DNA of 62,000 nt from Lama guanicoe (taxonomy: Eukaryota): contig MU054391.1 in assembly GCA_013239625.1 (NCBI GenBank), positions 7,161,095 through 7,223,094 of the forward strand, read 5' to 3'. The notes beneath the pieces were generated by a model. The model was not told the DNA's origin. It saw only the letters and a program-made list of their open reading frames with translations, and ran no database searches. Shown piece after piece: positions 35,790 to 48,950 of this stretch; position 1 is the first letter of the stretch; the number at the start of each line of letters is the position of its first letter. Made by a program: the position numbers and the translations under genes.

Positions 35790-38185
35790 AGTGTTCCAAG
35801 CAATCTCTTGAAGCCCTGCGAGGACCAGGTGCCCACATTAAAGGATAGGTTTTGGGACGTGCAGTCATTTGCTTAAAAGCAGAAAGAATGGGGAGCCCTT
35901 CTCCCCCATCCCCCTCGCCGGGGTGGGCATTTCTAAGTGACACAAAGAGGGGGCCTTCATAGGCGAGGGGTCAGGTGCATTCCTGGTGTGGAAGCCACAC
36001 CTCGTGGTGGCTTCAAGCCCACTGCAGCACCGCCCTCCCCAGCCCGCTCCAGTCCGGTAGTGGCTGGTGTGCACTGTGAGCTGTGACACTAAGCAGAGCT
36101 GGCTGCCGGGGTCCCCCAGATGATGGGATCCGCTCAGGGGTGCCAGATGTGCACGACTTTCAGTGGAGTCGGGGCACAAATGCACATGGCAGCCTGTGCC
36201 ACCTTGCCATGCATGACAGGAGGGCTGGCTGGGCAGGGTCCCGTGACCTGAATCCGACATGTCAGGAGGGACTCCAGACCTCACCGCTCTGGGCCTTGAC
36301 CTCGTGGACGTTCCCATGCAGTGTTTGCTGACCAGTCTAATGTTTAGGTGGTAAGTTCCTTAATTTCCTTTGGTTAAAGATAACCTATGTAACCGGCATA
36401 TTTTCCCTCATTTTTTTGTGGCTGAAAGCTGGAATATATATGCCTTAATGCATCTGTGGCAGACGTTTTATTTAGACTGTGCTTTGTCCAACCCCCTCGT
36501 AACTTTGTGATGCCTTAAGTTCAGATTATAGGAAATATTACTAAGGCAGTATCTCAAGTCAGTCCAACACTCGGCCAGCAGCCTGTCCCGCAAGGTGGTG
36601 CTGAAACTGTGGACGTGAACAGAGCTTGTGCCAAATGGTGATGATGTCAGTTTCTTTTGGGAGCTCTCAACTGAAACTGGTTGGTTTTAAGAAAGTAGTT
36701 TGAAGAAGTTAAATTATATTCTCTGTAGATAGTATTATTTATTTCTTTATTCTGACTGAGTTACTGTTATAAGCCTTTTAGCTATATTCTTTCTATTACA
36801 ACTGCCATTAATACATTAAAAAGATCTACCTGTTAGACCATCCAAAGAGCCTTATTCTGTAATTCTTACAACACTGACTTTCTTTGGGAATTTATGAGTA
36901 ATGCATTACTTAGCTTTTCCCACTCAGATTAAGGGCAAGTGGATAAGTAGTAACTCAAATGACTTGCTTTAAGCCAGTAGAAGATGATTCTGTTACATGT
37001 TTATTACATTGGCTGGTGGAGAGAATGATTTGAAAACTGGAAGAATTATTTTGGTAAAAGATTTTGCTTTACTTCTCGAAGTGTTATTTTTTTAAAGAGC
37101 GCTCTACTCCAATGACTGAAATGCTCTCCTATTTAAATCGCATGGTTAGAGTCATAGGAGGCAAACAACGGAACAGTTGAATACAATTTTACTCTTTCTG
37201 TGAAAGAAAATCCGGAGGGGTCGCTTTCTTTGTGGTCAGTGGGCTCTGCTGGCCGTGGACGCCCTCGTCAAGTGGTCTGTGTGGCCTTGCAGAGAAACGC
37301 AGACATCTGGTGTAGCTGACCGTGGACTTGCGTAGAAGCACGAGGATGCATGTGCAGACGCCCTTTTGGAGGCATTAAAAATACTTTAAAGTAGTCCCAC
37401 CTTAACTGCTCCACGCTTGCTCTTTAGTGACCTTCGTTCCTTCTGTCACAAGGGTGTCCTGGGGTGAATTGTCACTGCTGTGAGCTCACAGGCCTGCAGC
37501 GGCCAGCAGTTTCTCCCTTGCACTGGGAGGAATTTGGCTGCCAGAGTGGGTGGCGTGTCCCTCATGGCGTTTGCCATCCGTGAGGATGACCAGCGCAGTC
37601 CTCTCTCGTGAAGGAGTGCAACCTTGGACCCCTAATTTTGATGTCCCTTAGGCTTCCACGCCACCACCCTCTGAAACAGAGCATGCCTTCCAGAAAGTCA
37701 CACTCTAGGATCTGTGTCAGGTTCAGAGTATGACCCCTGGAGAGGCTGTAACATTCACTCCTGCCTCGTGGCTTCAGGAAATGAGAGTTGTTCATGGGCA
37801 GCACAAACGCAAATTGGTTTATCTCGTTCAAACAGCCATCACTCGGTGACCCTGCAGCCACGCACCAGAGTGCTGTGTTCGGACCACACATTTCAGAGTT
37901 GCCCTGTGGACATGAATCACTCCATAGTGACAAGTCATCAAACGTTCATCACGTGTGATCAAAAATATATGCCTGGTCTTTTGGCTGGAGAAAATGATTA
38001 CACCTTCAAAGAGAATTCCCTTTTCAATTTTAGGTTTGGATCGCCACTTTATATTTTATTTACAACACTTGGTCTGTATTTGTACATGCTGGTACAATGA
38101 TAAAAATCACTGTAATACTTTTTGTGTTGTGCTGGATGCAAAGCTAGAAAATATTGTAATAAATGAGACCAATGAAAGACTTCCC
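35790..38185 (+). other. LPIN1: LPIN1 3' UTR (~2.4 kb; 3' end approximate)
   Basis: Non-repetitive, partly AU-rich sequence from the stop codon to ~20 nt past AATAAA 38158-38163. Confidence 0.8.
38158..38163 (+). terminator. Polyadenylation signal AATAAA of LPIN1
   Basis: Canonical hexamer with upstream TGTA motifs (~38074-38115) and downstream GT/T-rich sequence (~38195-38280). Confidence 0.8.
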
Positions 38186-38555
38186 TGAAAATGAGGCGTG
38201 TGAATTTTAAATCCTTCTTGGTGAGTTATTAACTTGCTGATTTCCTACTGTGTGATATCAAGCATATTATTTTATTTTCTACTCAAAAAACAAAAACAAA
38301 ACCCTGGAGCCTATAAACTGTTCAGTATTTGGAATAAAAGAGCCAGTCTTTCCTGACGCCTTTGGTGAAACTCCGACCCGCTGTGTGCCCTTCAGAGGGA
38401 AGGAGGGGGCTGCACCCGGGGCTCGTCCCACCTTGACGGGACGACTCAGGCACAGGGAGGGTTCAGCTCGCGCTGTAGGTGAGGTGCCCCCTAGGGCCTG
38501 GCCTGAAATCGGTGTTAACACGGGGTCTTTTACACAAGTAGGTTCTGTCCTGTGT

Positions 38556-38983
38556 GTGTTTTTTTTAATTGAAGTATAGTCAGTTACAATGTGTCAATTT
38601 CTGGTGTGCAGCACAATGTCCCAGTCATGCATGTATATATACATGTATATTCATTTTCATGTTCTTTTTCATTAAGGGTTATTACAAGATATTGAATATA
38701 GCTCCCTATGCTATACAGAAGAAATTTGTTTTTTTTTTTAAATCTGCTTTTATATATAGTGGCTAACATTTGCAAATCTCAAACTCCCAAATTTATCCCT
38801 TCCCACCCTCTTTCCCCCATAACCATAAGATTGTTTACTCTGTCTGGGAGACTGTTTCTGTTTTGTAGATGAGTTAATTAGCGTCCTCTTTTTTTTCTTT
38901 TGTTTTAGATTATACATACGAGTGATGTCATACGGTATTTTTCTTTCTCTTTCTGGCTTACTTCACTAGGTCCATCTATGCTG
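38556..38983 (-). mobile_element. 5'-truncated L1 3' UTR with 11-bp target-site duplication
   Basis: T-tail then aattgaagtatagtcagttacaatg...ggttattacaagatattgaatatag; ctgtcctgtgt at both 38545-38555 and 38984-38994. Confidence 0.88.
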
Positions 38984-38994
38984 CTGTCCTGTGT

Positions 38995-39400
38995 TCTTGT
39001 GTGAGGTAGTCAGTCAGCTGTAGCCACAAGAGAAAACACAGAAGCAGCTCAGGAAATCAAAGCTTATGATGCTCACAGGTCCTTACAATGGGAGGCATCT
39101 GGCCAGCAGGGCCACGGTGGAAGAGCACCAGCGTGGTCAGGAGACAAAAGAAAGGCGTGAGGAGGGAGCCCAGGCCCGGCCTCTCCCGGGGCCCCTGCAG
39201 GGAAGGCCGCGCAGGCGAGTGTGAGCAACTCCAGTGGCCGCTAAGCTCTCGGCGTGGCCCTCAGTTGCCCGGTGCCTGGCCCTGGGCTGACGAAGGCAGA
39301 GGAATGGTGCCTCGTGGGGTGTGCAGGCCCGACGGGGTCCTGGCTCTGGGTGGGTGGGTTTGCGTGTCCCAGGCCTGCTGTCTAACCGATAGCTAGTCAG
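38995..39400 (-). mobile_element. Old ERV LTR relic (family uncertain)
   Basis: Resembles an antisense ERVL-type LTR (degenerate tttatt...ctcacaggtcct, gtggtcaggag, cctggccctggg). Recalled similarity only. Confidence 0.45.
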
Positions 39401-40873
39401 TCTCCCCAGCCAAAGATCACCAAGCACCAGAACGTACATAAAGTAAAAGTAGAGACAATAGAGGTTCCCTTGCCTCACACACACTGTCCCTGTTTTTTGG
39501 ACTCTTTCTGGGGTATATTCATTTCTCATTTCAAACAAATCAGTCGAATCCCTCAACGAGTTCATCCAGATAACTTGTAAACCATCGTAATTCCTGTCGA
39601 TTCTGTGCATTGACAGCATGTCTGAGACGCCCTATTGATTTACCTCCGTCAGCAAAAGTGTTTCTGGAATAAATTTAAGAATATTGGTCCCTAAATGCTT
39701 AAAAGACAGCCTCACAGGGTCCCAGGCCGAGTGCCTCATCTCCGTACGTCTGTAGAAAGCATGCCTGGGTATCTTAAACTCTCACTAAGTTGAACGGCAC
39801 AGATGTATTCCAACCCTGATTTAAATCGTAGGCGCGTTTATCTGTAAAATAAAAATGAGTGTAAACTGCGGCCACCTGCCCGCCCATCACCACTTCTCTC
39901 TGCAGAGCCACTAGGCCACGCTGTTTCCGTTTGGTTGTGCAGGCAGCCCTCACACGTGCAGGGGTGACCAGTTCGGAGCCTGGGTTTCCCCAGCGTCTCA
40001 GCTGCAATCACCTGAATATTTAAAATGCTTTCTTGGTTTTCAAACCCTGACACACCCCAGCAGACTCGCCAACCCTGTCCTCGGACATCAAGGAACATTG
40101 ATGATGGGTCAGTGACCACCGGCTTTGGGCCTCAGAGTGACTTTTCCCGTAAAAGGTAACGCAGGCAGCCCTCGTGCAGCCCTGGGACAGGAGAACCGGC
40201 CGGGAGGAAAGTTACACAGGCCTTATTTTAAAAAATCAAAAAAATGAACTCTGGAATCTGATTTCTTCACTCCAGCAGGAGTGTGGTCCTAACCGGATGT
40301 TTCAGAGGGCTGTCAGACCACCCATCACTTACTCATCCGCCTCCCTTTGCATGTCTGCATAAAGCCCGTGCCCTGTTTCTACGGGGCTGGGGGTGGTAGG
40401 AGGCATCCCATCTCTGCCCTAAACAAAGAGAAAGTGGTTAAAAACACAAATTGTGTCTTCTTCCTATTTCTGACCCTCTTTTTCAACACCTGCTGCAAGG
40501 GAAGGCGCTGGTGAGGGTCACTCCCATCACAAAAGGACTGGATGACTGCAGGAAACCAGAATTTGAGCAGACAGACTTTGGCTCTGGAAGTCACTGGGCC
40601 CCAGATGGCCACCTGGGGGCAGAATCCGTTTGGGTTTGGCAGCACAGACTTTTAAAAACCTTGTCCTGGCTTGACAGAGGCCTGTGGTGCCTGCCTTGGA
40701 GACTGGCCAGGTGTGTTGTTGGCTTTCAGGGAGAGAAAGGAGTCACTTAGGGGACCATTTGGGTACCGAAGTGCCTTCAGTTGGCACAGCCCAAGGCCAA
40801 GCATCACTGACCGGCTTGGAGGAGGGAGCAGTCTGTGGCTGCTTGTCCTTCTGGTCTAAGAACCATTTAGGTT

Positions 40874-41050
40874 TGTGGCTCTCACAGTAGCGTCTCAGGG
40901 CCTGCTGTCTCAGCATCAGAGAGCTCGGCAGAAATACAGGTCCTGGGCTCTCCCCTGGCCTGCTGGGTCAGACTGTGGGTGCGGGGCCCACAGCCTGTGC
41001 TCAGAAGTGCACCCCAGGATTCTGGTGCTCCATCAAGTTCCAGAAGATAC
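40874..41050. mobile_element. MER5A-like relic
   Basis: cagcatcagagagctcggcagaaatacaggtcctgggctctcccc...ggggcccacagcctgtg resembles MER5A. Confidence 0.5.
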
Positions 41051-43737
41051 ACCCAAGGCCCAGATCCTGTTCTCAAGGAGCCACTTCTGTATTTCAACCG
41101 CCGACATCTACCTTTAATCTGGCCTGGTCAGGCCGACAGAGCGGATCTGCTGAAGGAGGGGGGCCCCTGGAAACCCAATACAGCGGCTCAACTGAGTCAC
41201 AAGGTGTCCTGAGCCTTTAATGCCCCGTGGTCAGCCTGAGCCTCCTTCCTGGGCATCTCAGTGTCCGCTGGTCCCGGCTGGGAGGAGAGTCCGCCTCGAC
41301 CCGGCCAGGCAGCCAAGTGCGTGTGAACCAGCAGACCGGGGCTGTGCCCGGATTTCTGAGGGCACTCTTCCTCCCCCAAATTCTGGGAGACTTGAGGTGC
41401 TGTCCTGATGCCAGCGATCTTTTCACTGGTGCAGGAAGTCCATTCAGCCCTGCATTGCTTTTAATGAGTTTTGCAAGCAAGTGGCCTCTTCCGGTGACTC
41501 ATTCTGCCTTTTGTGCACCGGAGATTGTGGTTTTAAGTTTCACTTTGGAAAGTAACCACGACTTCTGCTGCTTTCTCCGCTGCTGGAATCCGAACAAGTT
41601 ATATTCATTTTGCAACAAAGAAATGTAAATGTAGGAACGCCAGTCATATTTCTGCTCTGATTGTAAAAACATCCTTTTCCGAGATGTATGACAGAGCCAA
41701 GCGGAGGAGCAACGGTTTATGTTTTCAAGTAACGTTCATTTGGGAACTTTATATTTTTCCTTCCAGAATGGCCTATTAGTTTCGCTTTTATTCTTTTGTC
41801 TTCTTGATTCATATTTCAGGGAGATCCTAAAAATAAACAGTGCCTGTTGATTGAGGGAGGTGGTTAACCTCTGATTTATTGAAGGAGATTTAGTTCTGGA
41901 CCAAAGTTCACATTCTTGCTTTCATGCAGCACACAAAGGATGATAATGGAGATAATGGCTGATACAGTAAAATTGTTTTCATCTGGACTTTGCACAGAAA
42001 TCAGTGAATGGTACCTGAATAGGTGAGTTTCTTAGGATTAGAGAGGGCGTGTTAAGTGGACAAATGCTATGCAGCATTTTTGTCTTCGATTCCAATAATA
42101 CAAAATGTTGCAGTGTTGCACTGAATTATTTTTATATAATTTTTATATAATTGTATTTAAATACACATAAGCAGAAAGCAGTAGCCCTTTATAGTCGTAA
42201 AACCAAAATGCATTTAAAATTAAGTGCAGATAAAGCTATAGCACCAATGAAATTCAAATGAACGTGCATGTTATGTGGTGGAAAATGTTGATGTATTAAA
42301 GCCAGTGAGATGAGGCTGGATTTGGGTTTACAGCTGAGGTCTTCGTGTCTTACGTTTCACGTATCAGCTTGATTCTTTTGAGTTTTGAACATGGTGGGTC
42401 ACCGTCTAACTCTTTAACAACTGACTTCTACAAAATGCAGTCATGAAGAAGTTCCTGTTACCCAGGTCCATCCCTCCTGACTGCAAGCAAGCTGCTGCAG
42501 ATTCTTCCAGCAAGAGGGAATAAACTGACAGGACAAGTGTGGCACCGACTTGGAGATGGGGACTTGGTGTTTAGCCAGGGATTACCCTACCAATGCCCCA
42601 CTGTCCTAATTTTCTCTGTTCGAAGTGCCACAAAACCTTTGTTTGGCCATGATATGATGTCATTTGGTACTTGAAGCATCAGCACACCTGGGGGTTCTGC
42701 CTGCCCATCACCCTTCCCTCCTCCAGGATTCAGACAGATGCAGCCCAGCTGATCAAATGGACTCTCACGGGTGAGTTTTATTCCCCAAAGTGACAGGAGT
42801 TGTGGACGTTGCCTGAGTTACATTGGAACTTGCAAATATCTCTTTTCACCCCCTAAACTAGAAAATTGTCTCTGGCTCCACGGAGGTAGATGCTTTGGAA
42901 CACATGTTAACACATCTTAACACGGTGCCTGAGCACTAGGAGAGGGAGGGAGCCTGCACCCCCGTCATGTGGCAGAAGCTCAGCTGTCCCACCCGCCAGA
43001 GCCAAAGCCACTCTTGTGGGAGGACAGAGAGGAGAGGTCCTGCTGGCAGCTGCTCCCAAACCCGCACCTGTGCTGTCAAGTGAGCAATGAGGACGCTCCA
43101 GGAGGCTAAATGCACACCTGCACACTCTGAGGGGGGGCGGATGGGCAATTCTGTTTCTAGGGAGCCAAAGCTATGTTGAAATTTCTATGATGGTTTTGCT
43201 TACTTTGAGAGAGAGCTGCTGGGTGTTCAGGTAAGAAACTTTGCATGGATGTGGGAGACCCTGGGATGGCTTTCCCTGGGGACTAGGGAAACAGGCCTGG
43301 CACCCCACTTTCCACATTTCCCCAGGGTGCTGAAGCTGAATGGTCCCCAGATCCTCAAGGTCTATTCCAATTCGTGGGGCACCTGGAGAACAGATAGGGG
43401 AGAGGGTCTAACCTTGACACATGGAGATGAGTGGGACCTTGGATGGCGTCTTTCTCACCTGAGCCCCCGGCTCCTCACCCCTGCAGCAACCGGCTGGTGA
43501 GAGAGCTGCAGGCCTGGGTTCCTGAGATACCACCCTTGACATCCTCCTGGGGCGGGGTGGGGGAAGGGCGAGGAGCGGACAGTGGCCTTGACTTGGGCTT
43601 CAAAGTTGGCCTGGCTTTCTCTCCCAGTAGCAGCAGCAGCAGCACCTGGCAATCAGCATCCTTTAACAGTATAGAATCATCAGCTAACATACAAAAATTT
43701 AAATTCAGACACAAGGCGGAGTTTAGGGCTGTTGATG

Positions 43738-44384
43738 TGCAATGAAAAGCTTATAAAAAGGGCAAACATGAAAACTGAGCGGGTCCATGGGAGGATCTCA
43801 CCCATGCCTGTGGATAAGGCATCTGCTTGCATGTAATTGATGTGCTGTTCATATTGATAAAAGAAATTTTTACCTATTGAGGTCTGGGGAAGTCATCCCG
43901 GCTTATACATGAGTTTCCTTGCATTTGACGCTAACTAAAACAGCCTGTTTGTGGCCTATCAAGCATGTACACCTGTTTCAATTTTTAAAGGAAAGGGCAC
44001 ATTGGCCAGAGGTTAAAAAAAATTCCATGTTAAAAATAAAGATTAAGTACCTCCCTTTCTGGGGCACCCATGCTGGTCCTCCTCTGATGATGACTGCCTT
44101 CCCGGGTGCCAGGGCCACACAGGCTCACTCTGTACTTCCATGCTGGTCTGTTTTTTTGTTTTTGTTTCTTTGAAACCTTGAAGGAATGTATCTCTGACTT
44201 GCCTGACTTGTTTAATGTTTGTACTTCTGACAAAATATAAAACTGTGCTGAAAACCATGCTTCTCTGGAGCAGTATCTCAGAATCATCTGGGAAGCTGGC
44301 TTCTGGGCTATAGTCCTCAGTTCGGCTCAAATAAACCTCTTTTCTAGTCTTATTTTAGATTGTTTATGACTATTTTCGTTGACA
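43738..44384 (+). mobile_element. Solo ERV1-type LTR
   Basis: Ends tgcaatgaaaa...ttttcgttgaca (imperfect inverted termini); TATAAAA 44236-44242, AATAAA 44330-44335; atgtg on both flanks. Confidence 0.75.
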
Positions 44385-46009
44385 ATGTGTTTATGGAAGC
44401 AAGTCCTCAAAGGGCGCGCCAGCAGAGTGCCTTTCCAGTGACGCGCCCTGAGCACTCTCGGGCTGGCGGAGTACTCGCACCATCCTTAGCTTTCCAGCTT
44501 GCCCTCCTCACCCCGTCTGCGAGTCTCAAGCATCTCTCAAGGCCTGGTGGCAGCCTCGCCTTCCCTTTTGTGTCTGCCACGCTGGCTCACACAGAGCTCT
44601 CTGGATGCTGCCCCACGCCCATCATTCTGTTCATCCCAACTTGCAAAGCAAGACCGAGCCAGACCTGGAACAGGGAGTTCGCCATTTCCCTGTGTCATCC
44701 TGGTTCAACTCTGAGCCCCATAGAAAGATACGCTCTTATATTTCTTTCCCAAAGCAACTATCACAGTGCCTGGCACCTCCATGCTTAAAAGGGTGGATCT
44801 GAAACAATGCGGACTGTCCCCTATTCAGCTTGGCAGTCTCTCTCGTGGCCACCAGGCTCCTAGCTGAGCATGAGTTTCTGCATCTGCGAAGTGGGAGCGC
44901 ATCGTTTTCCCTGCTGGCTCCACATGGGGCCATGAAGCAAACAGCGGCATTAAGGTAATGGGCATGTCTGTGCTTTGGACATGGCTCAACTCTAAGTTTT
45001 ATTATCACTGCTGTTTCAGATCATTTTTTGCATTTGCTCTGTTTTATGGAGGAGAAGAGTCATGTTCAGAGAGACCGTGATTTGTTGAAGGTCCTCTGAT
45101 GAGTAAAAGGTGGAGTGGGAACTCAGGTCTCCAAATCCAGCATGATTTCATGTGCTAACAGGCTCTGTCCCTGCACCCATGGAGACCGGCGGTCCTACGG
45201 CTGGCCACTGGGGCAATGGAGGTGAAGAGGGCAAAAATCAGAGCAACCACACCGTGTGCTCACAGCACGAGCCAGCCTCCAGAACTCTCCACACGAGAGA
45301 AGCACCAGCATCTGCCCTGGCTGAGCTGACGGAGACAGAGCAGGGGACAGGCCGTGAGAAAGACGTGAAGCATCTTCCACAAATTACTCAGGGTTGAATC
45401 ATTGCGGGTGCCTCAGTGCCTTTGCTTTGTAAAAAGCGAATGTGTTTCGAAAAAGGGGGTGAGCACTTCTTGTTTTGACCAGAAACAAATGCAGACCAGA
45501 CCCGATTCCTCTCATCAAGCAGAGCTTGACCTTTTGCTTCAGAAATACCTGCAAGGACTCAATGCTTCTTGGAGCGGGTGGGGTGAGGGGAGAATGGAGC
45601 ATCTGTAACTGAAGCTCCTGCCAGAGATGCCATCTCCGGGCTGGACTGGAAGACTTTCCAGGCACCATGAAACCTACTGATTGGACACACTGGTGTGAGC
45701 TGATGAAAAAGCATCTGGGGCACAGGACTGAGTGACTTGTACTCCTCCACGGCCTTCTGTTCTGTGTTTTCCTCAGATGTATGACAGCCGTGTAACAACA
45801 CAAAGGAATGACACTCAAGTTCAGTGGATGAATTCTTGCCATATAATATCTACGTGGAAATGTTCATTGATTTGGGGCTTCCTGTGAAAGGGGGCCAGGG
45901 ACAGGGAATTTGGAGACCCTGAGCTTTAGGTGTGGCAGAGGTGGCTAGCTGTCCTCTAAGGAGTCCCATGGTCCTGGAGAGTCATTGCTGAAAAAAGGCC
46001 TCCTCCCAG

Positions 46010-46357
46010 GGGCTAAGTTTCCCAACCCCTAGCCCCACATCTCAGTGGGGTCATGTCACTGCATCTTGGCAATGGAAATGTAAGCAGCAGTGATCGGCTC
46101 ACCTCTAGGCCAAAGCAGTTAAAAACTAGGGGTACCTTCTTCCCATTCCCTGGCTTCTCCATCACGGGAAGCAAAAGTCTGGAGGGCAGAGCCACAAGAT
46201 GGAAGGAACCTGGATCCCTGACTCACTCACTGTGTGGCAGGTGGCCTGCTAAATACTGAAATGGACTTTGTGGAGTAAGAACTAAGTTTCCATGGTGATA
46301 ACCTCCGAGATTCAGAGGCTTATTTGTGACAGCATCTAGCATTACCTAACTGATCCA
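46010..46357 (+). mobile_element. MLT1-type MaLR LTR relic
   Basis: ggcagagccacaagatggaaggaacctggatccctga...gcttatttgtgacagca...cctaactgatcca. Confidence 0.65.
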
Positions 46358-46893
46358 CAGAACGAGGGAACGGATGAGGGGAGAGATGAGGGTTGGAGGG
46401 AAGCCTGGTGGCAGAGCAGCCTAGAGGAGGGCGGCAAGCACCACTGTGCTTTAGGAGAAGCAATGTTTCATCCAGAGTTCTCTCTTCCCTTTCTTGTGTG
46501 TAAAAGAAGGAGAAAAAAGGAGAGAGAGATTTGGCGATGTGAAAAACCCTGCTGAGCAGCTTTCTTCTCCCAGAGCATTTTTTTGGGGGGCGGGGAGGGG
46601 TTAGTTATACATTGAAAGAATGATGAGCAATAAAAAAGGAGCCACTCTCTGCCCCAGAAAAACTCAAAAATTATAGAAATTAAAATCATGTCATTTATAC
46701 TAGGAGGTTTAGGAAGGGGGAAAGAGTACATTGAAGATAAAATCTGCATCAATTGTAAAAAGTCAATAAGTCATACCTAAATTTGGTTAATCCAAATATT
46801 ATAGTATGTTCATATTATTTAGAAATAGAAAAGTAGGTACCAGAATAAAGAGCTGAAAGAATTGGAAAGTCTAGTGTCCAGGGAGCAGGAGGC

Positions 46894-46920
46894 GTGTGTG
46901 TGTGTGTGTGTGTGTGTGTG
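46894..46920. repeat. (GT)n microsatellite
   Basis: Pure GT run. Confidence 0.97.
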
Positions 46921-47913
46921 ATGGGGTGAGTGGGGCTAGATTTTGCTCTATGTCTTCTAGTAATATCTTTGACTTCCAGGACTATGAGAATACATTATTT
47001 TTTGGTTCCAATAAAATAGTAGGATGAAAATTATAAAAGGATGCCGACAAAATAAAGTAAAAAAGAAACAAAAAGAGTAACAAAAAGGAGATGAGGAAAA
47101 GAAACAGAAGGAGAAGGAAATGACCTGCAGATATTAGACCAAGCGCTCCCCTCCCCTCCCCTCCACGCTTCCACACTTTCCAAGGGGCAAGGCTTCTTCA
47201 CATGCTAAACTCTTCAAGGACAATTCCTTTTATTCCAACTGGTGGCCAAATTCCCAGAGCACCAATCCATTTATTTATAAGTTGCTTTATGCCTGGAGTG
47301 AGCGTTTCTGGAACAATCATCATTTTGTCTGAGTGGTGTCCTGGACCTTAGCACTAGACAATAAGGTTAGCATCTGAAGGAATAAAATACACTTCTATAT
47401 GCCCGACAAAATGCCAGGTACTAGGGGATCTGAGGAGCTCGTGGCCAGTAGGAAACGGCCGTTTATCGAAATGATGTACTGGAGCTGGGTAAGTGCAGCG
47501 ACAGGAAGGTCAGCGTCCTGGGAGGGGAGCCTGGAGGGAAGTAAGTTTATCTGGGGTGGGGGCGCTGGGCATCAGGGCAGAGGAAGGCAACCTCTGAGGG
47601 CGGAGCCTGGACCCAGTCTCAAGTGATGACCGGCCTTTTCCACCTGGCAAGCAGGGAGGGGCATGGGGTGGAAGCAGCTTTATGAGCTTGATGTGATGAG
47701 AGGAGGGGTTTGAAGTGTGTTGAGAAACGGTTGAGAGGTGGCGACACCATGGTGTGACCAGGCCAGAGGGTCAAGTGAAGGAGGGGCGGCCTGGTGGGAG
47801 GTCACGCAGGTGAGCATGGACCAGAGGATGGGCCTGGCCAATGAAAGTCATAGGAGACGCCCGGGGCTGCTGTGGGGAGGTGCTGAGGCCCTAATCTAGG
47901 CAGTAACATGGCG

Positions 47914-48621
47914 TGAAGGAGAGGGAACCAGGGACCCCCAAGGGGTATCCAGGATAACTTCCAAGTGTCCAGCACGAACACGCGTGCCAGCAGGAGCCAC
48001 CACAGAGTCTAAGAGCCCAGGTGAAGAGAACCAGCAAAGGGCACGGGCCAGGCAGATGGAGAGTCAGCCCAAGACATGTTGTGTGGTCCAGCCCTGAGAA
48101 ACGGCCACCTGGAGGCACGAGCAGCAGGTAACATGTCCCGTTGGACACATTTGTTTGTCCCCAGTGAAGTGCACAGAAGAGATTCAGACTCAGGTCCTGG
48201 CTGCTCCCTCAAAGCTATTTCTCACCCTTCCCCTCCCCACCCCACTGCACGGATGCCCAGGTGCTGCCTTTCCATGGAGGGGGAGGGTAGCTGCAGAGGC
48301 AGGAAGGGCTGATCTGCTCAGTGAGGCACCCCCCCCCTGCACCCTGAGCCACATGGGCCTCACTTCAGGGCCCAACAAGTCTCAGACACTCTCAGAGCCA
48401 CCCTGCCACCAACAGCTCTGAAAACGTACGAGGGCCCCCATCCCCCATGTTCCCCAAGCAGGCACACCTGTGGAGAGGTAGGTGGGGCCTCGCCAGGCCT
48501 CAGAGCCAGGTGATCCCCATCCCAGCACTTCTCCAGTCCTTCCAGGAGAGAGGGTGCTGTTGACGCCTTGTCCAGGTTAATAAAGCTGCTGTTTGGTTCC
48601 TATGTGCCTGGTGGTTCTTCA
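47914..48621 (+). mobile_element. Probable solo ERV LTR (family unassigned)
   Basis: TGAAG...CTTCA inverted termini with AATAAA ~40 nt before the 3' end; ~700 bp. Confidence 0.55.
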
Positions 48622-48843
48622 TGCATAATGGAGAAGGAGTAATTGATACATTCTGGTGCCTCTTGGCTGGGAATCTCTGAGAATAAACCTTGTGAGTTTT
48701 ACATAAAGAGAAGGAGATTCTTGTGGGGAGGCAGAGCTTCTGTAGACCCTGTCTGTGGGCCTCCTTGTGCCCCCACCAGAATTACAGCTGTGGCTGACGC
48801 TGGTGAGGGGTATTAGAACAGAGAACCTTCTAGGTCTTATCAT

Positions 48844-48950
48844 CAGAGATTCTCAACCTTGGTTGTCTATTAGAATTAATTGGAGGGGGGCGTATTTTAA
48901 AATCACTGAGGTCTAAGTCCCACCCTAGACCAACTGAATCTGAGTCTCTG
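48844..48950. mobile_element. MER5-like fragment
   Basis: cagagattctcaaccttgg...cccaccctagaccaactgaatctgagtctctg. Confidence 0.55.

Larger units (their letters stand above)
1362..38185 (+). other. LPIN1: LPIN1 gene, 3' portion (15 constitutive coding exons, gamma cassette exon, 3' UTR); 5' exons outside window
   Basis: Hand-spliced exons with GT-AG boundaries and consistent phases give 1963 nt (1 split base + 653 codons + TAA). The translation matches recalled mammalian lipin-1 from PSVSRPSTPKSDSEL to FENQDVHSASA*. Confidence 0.98.
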
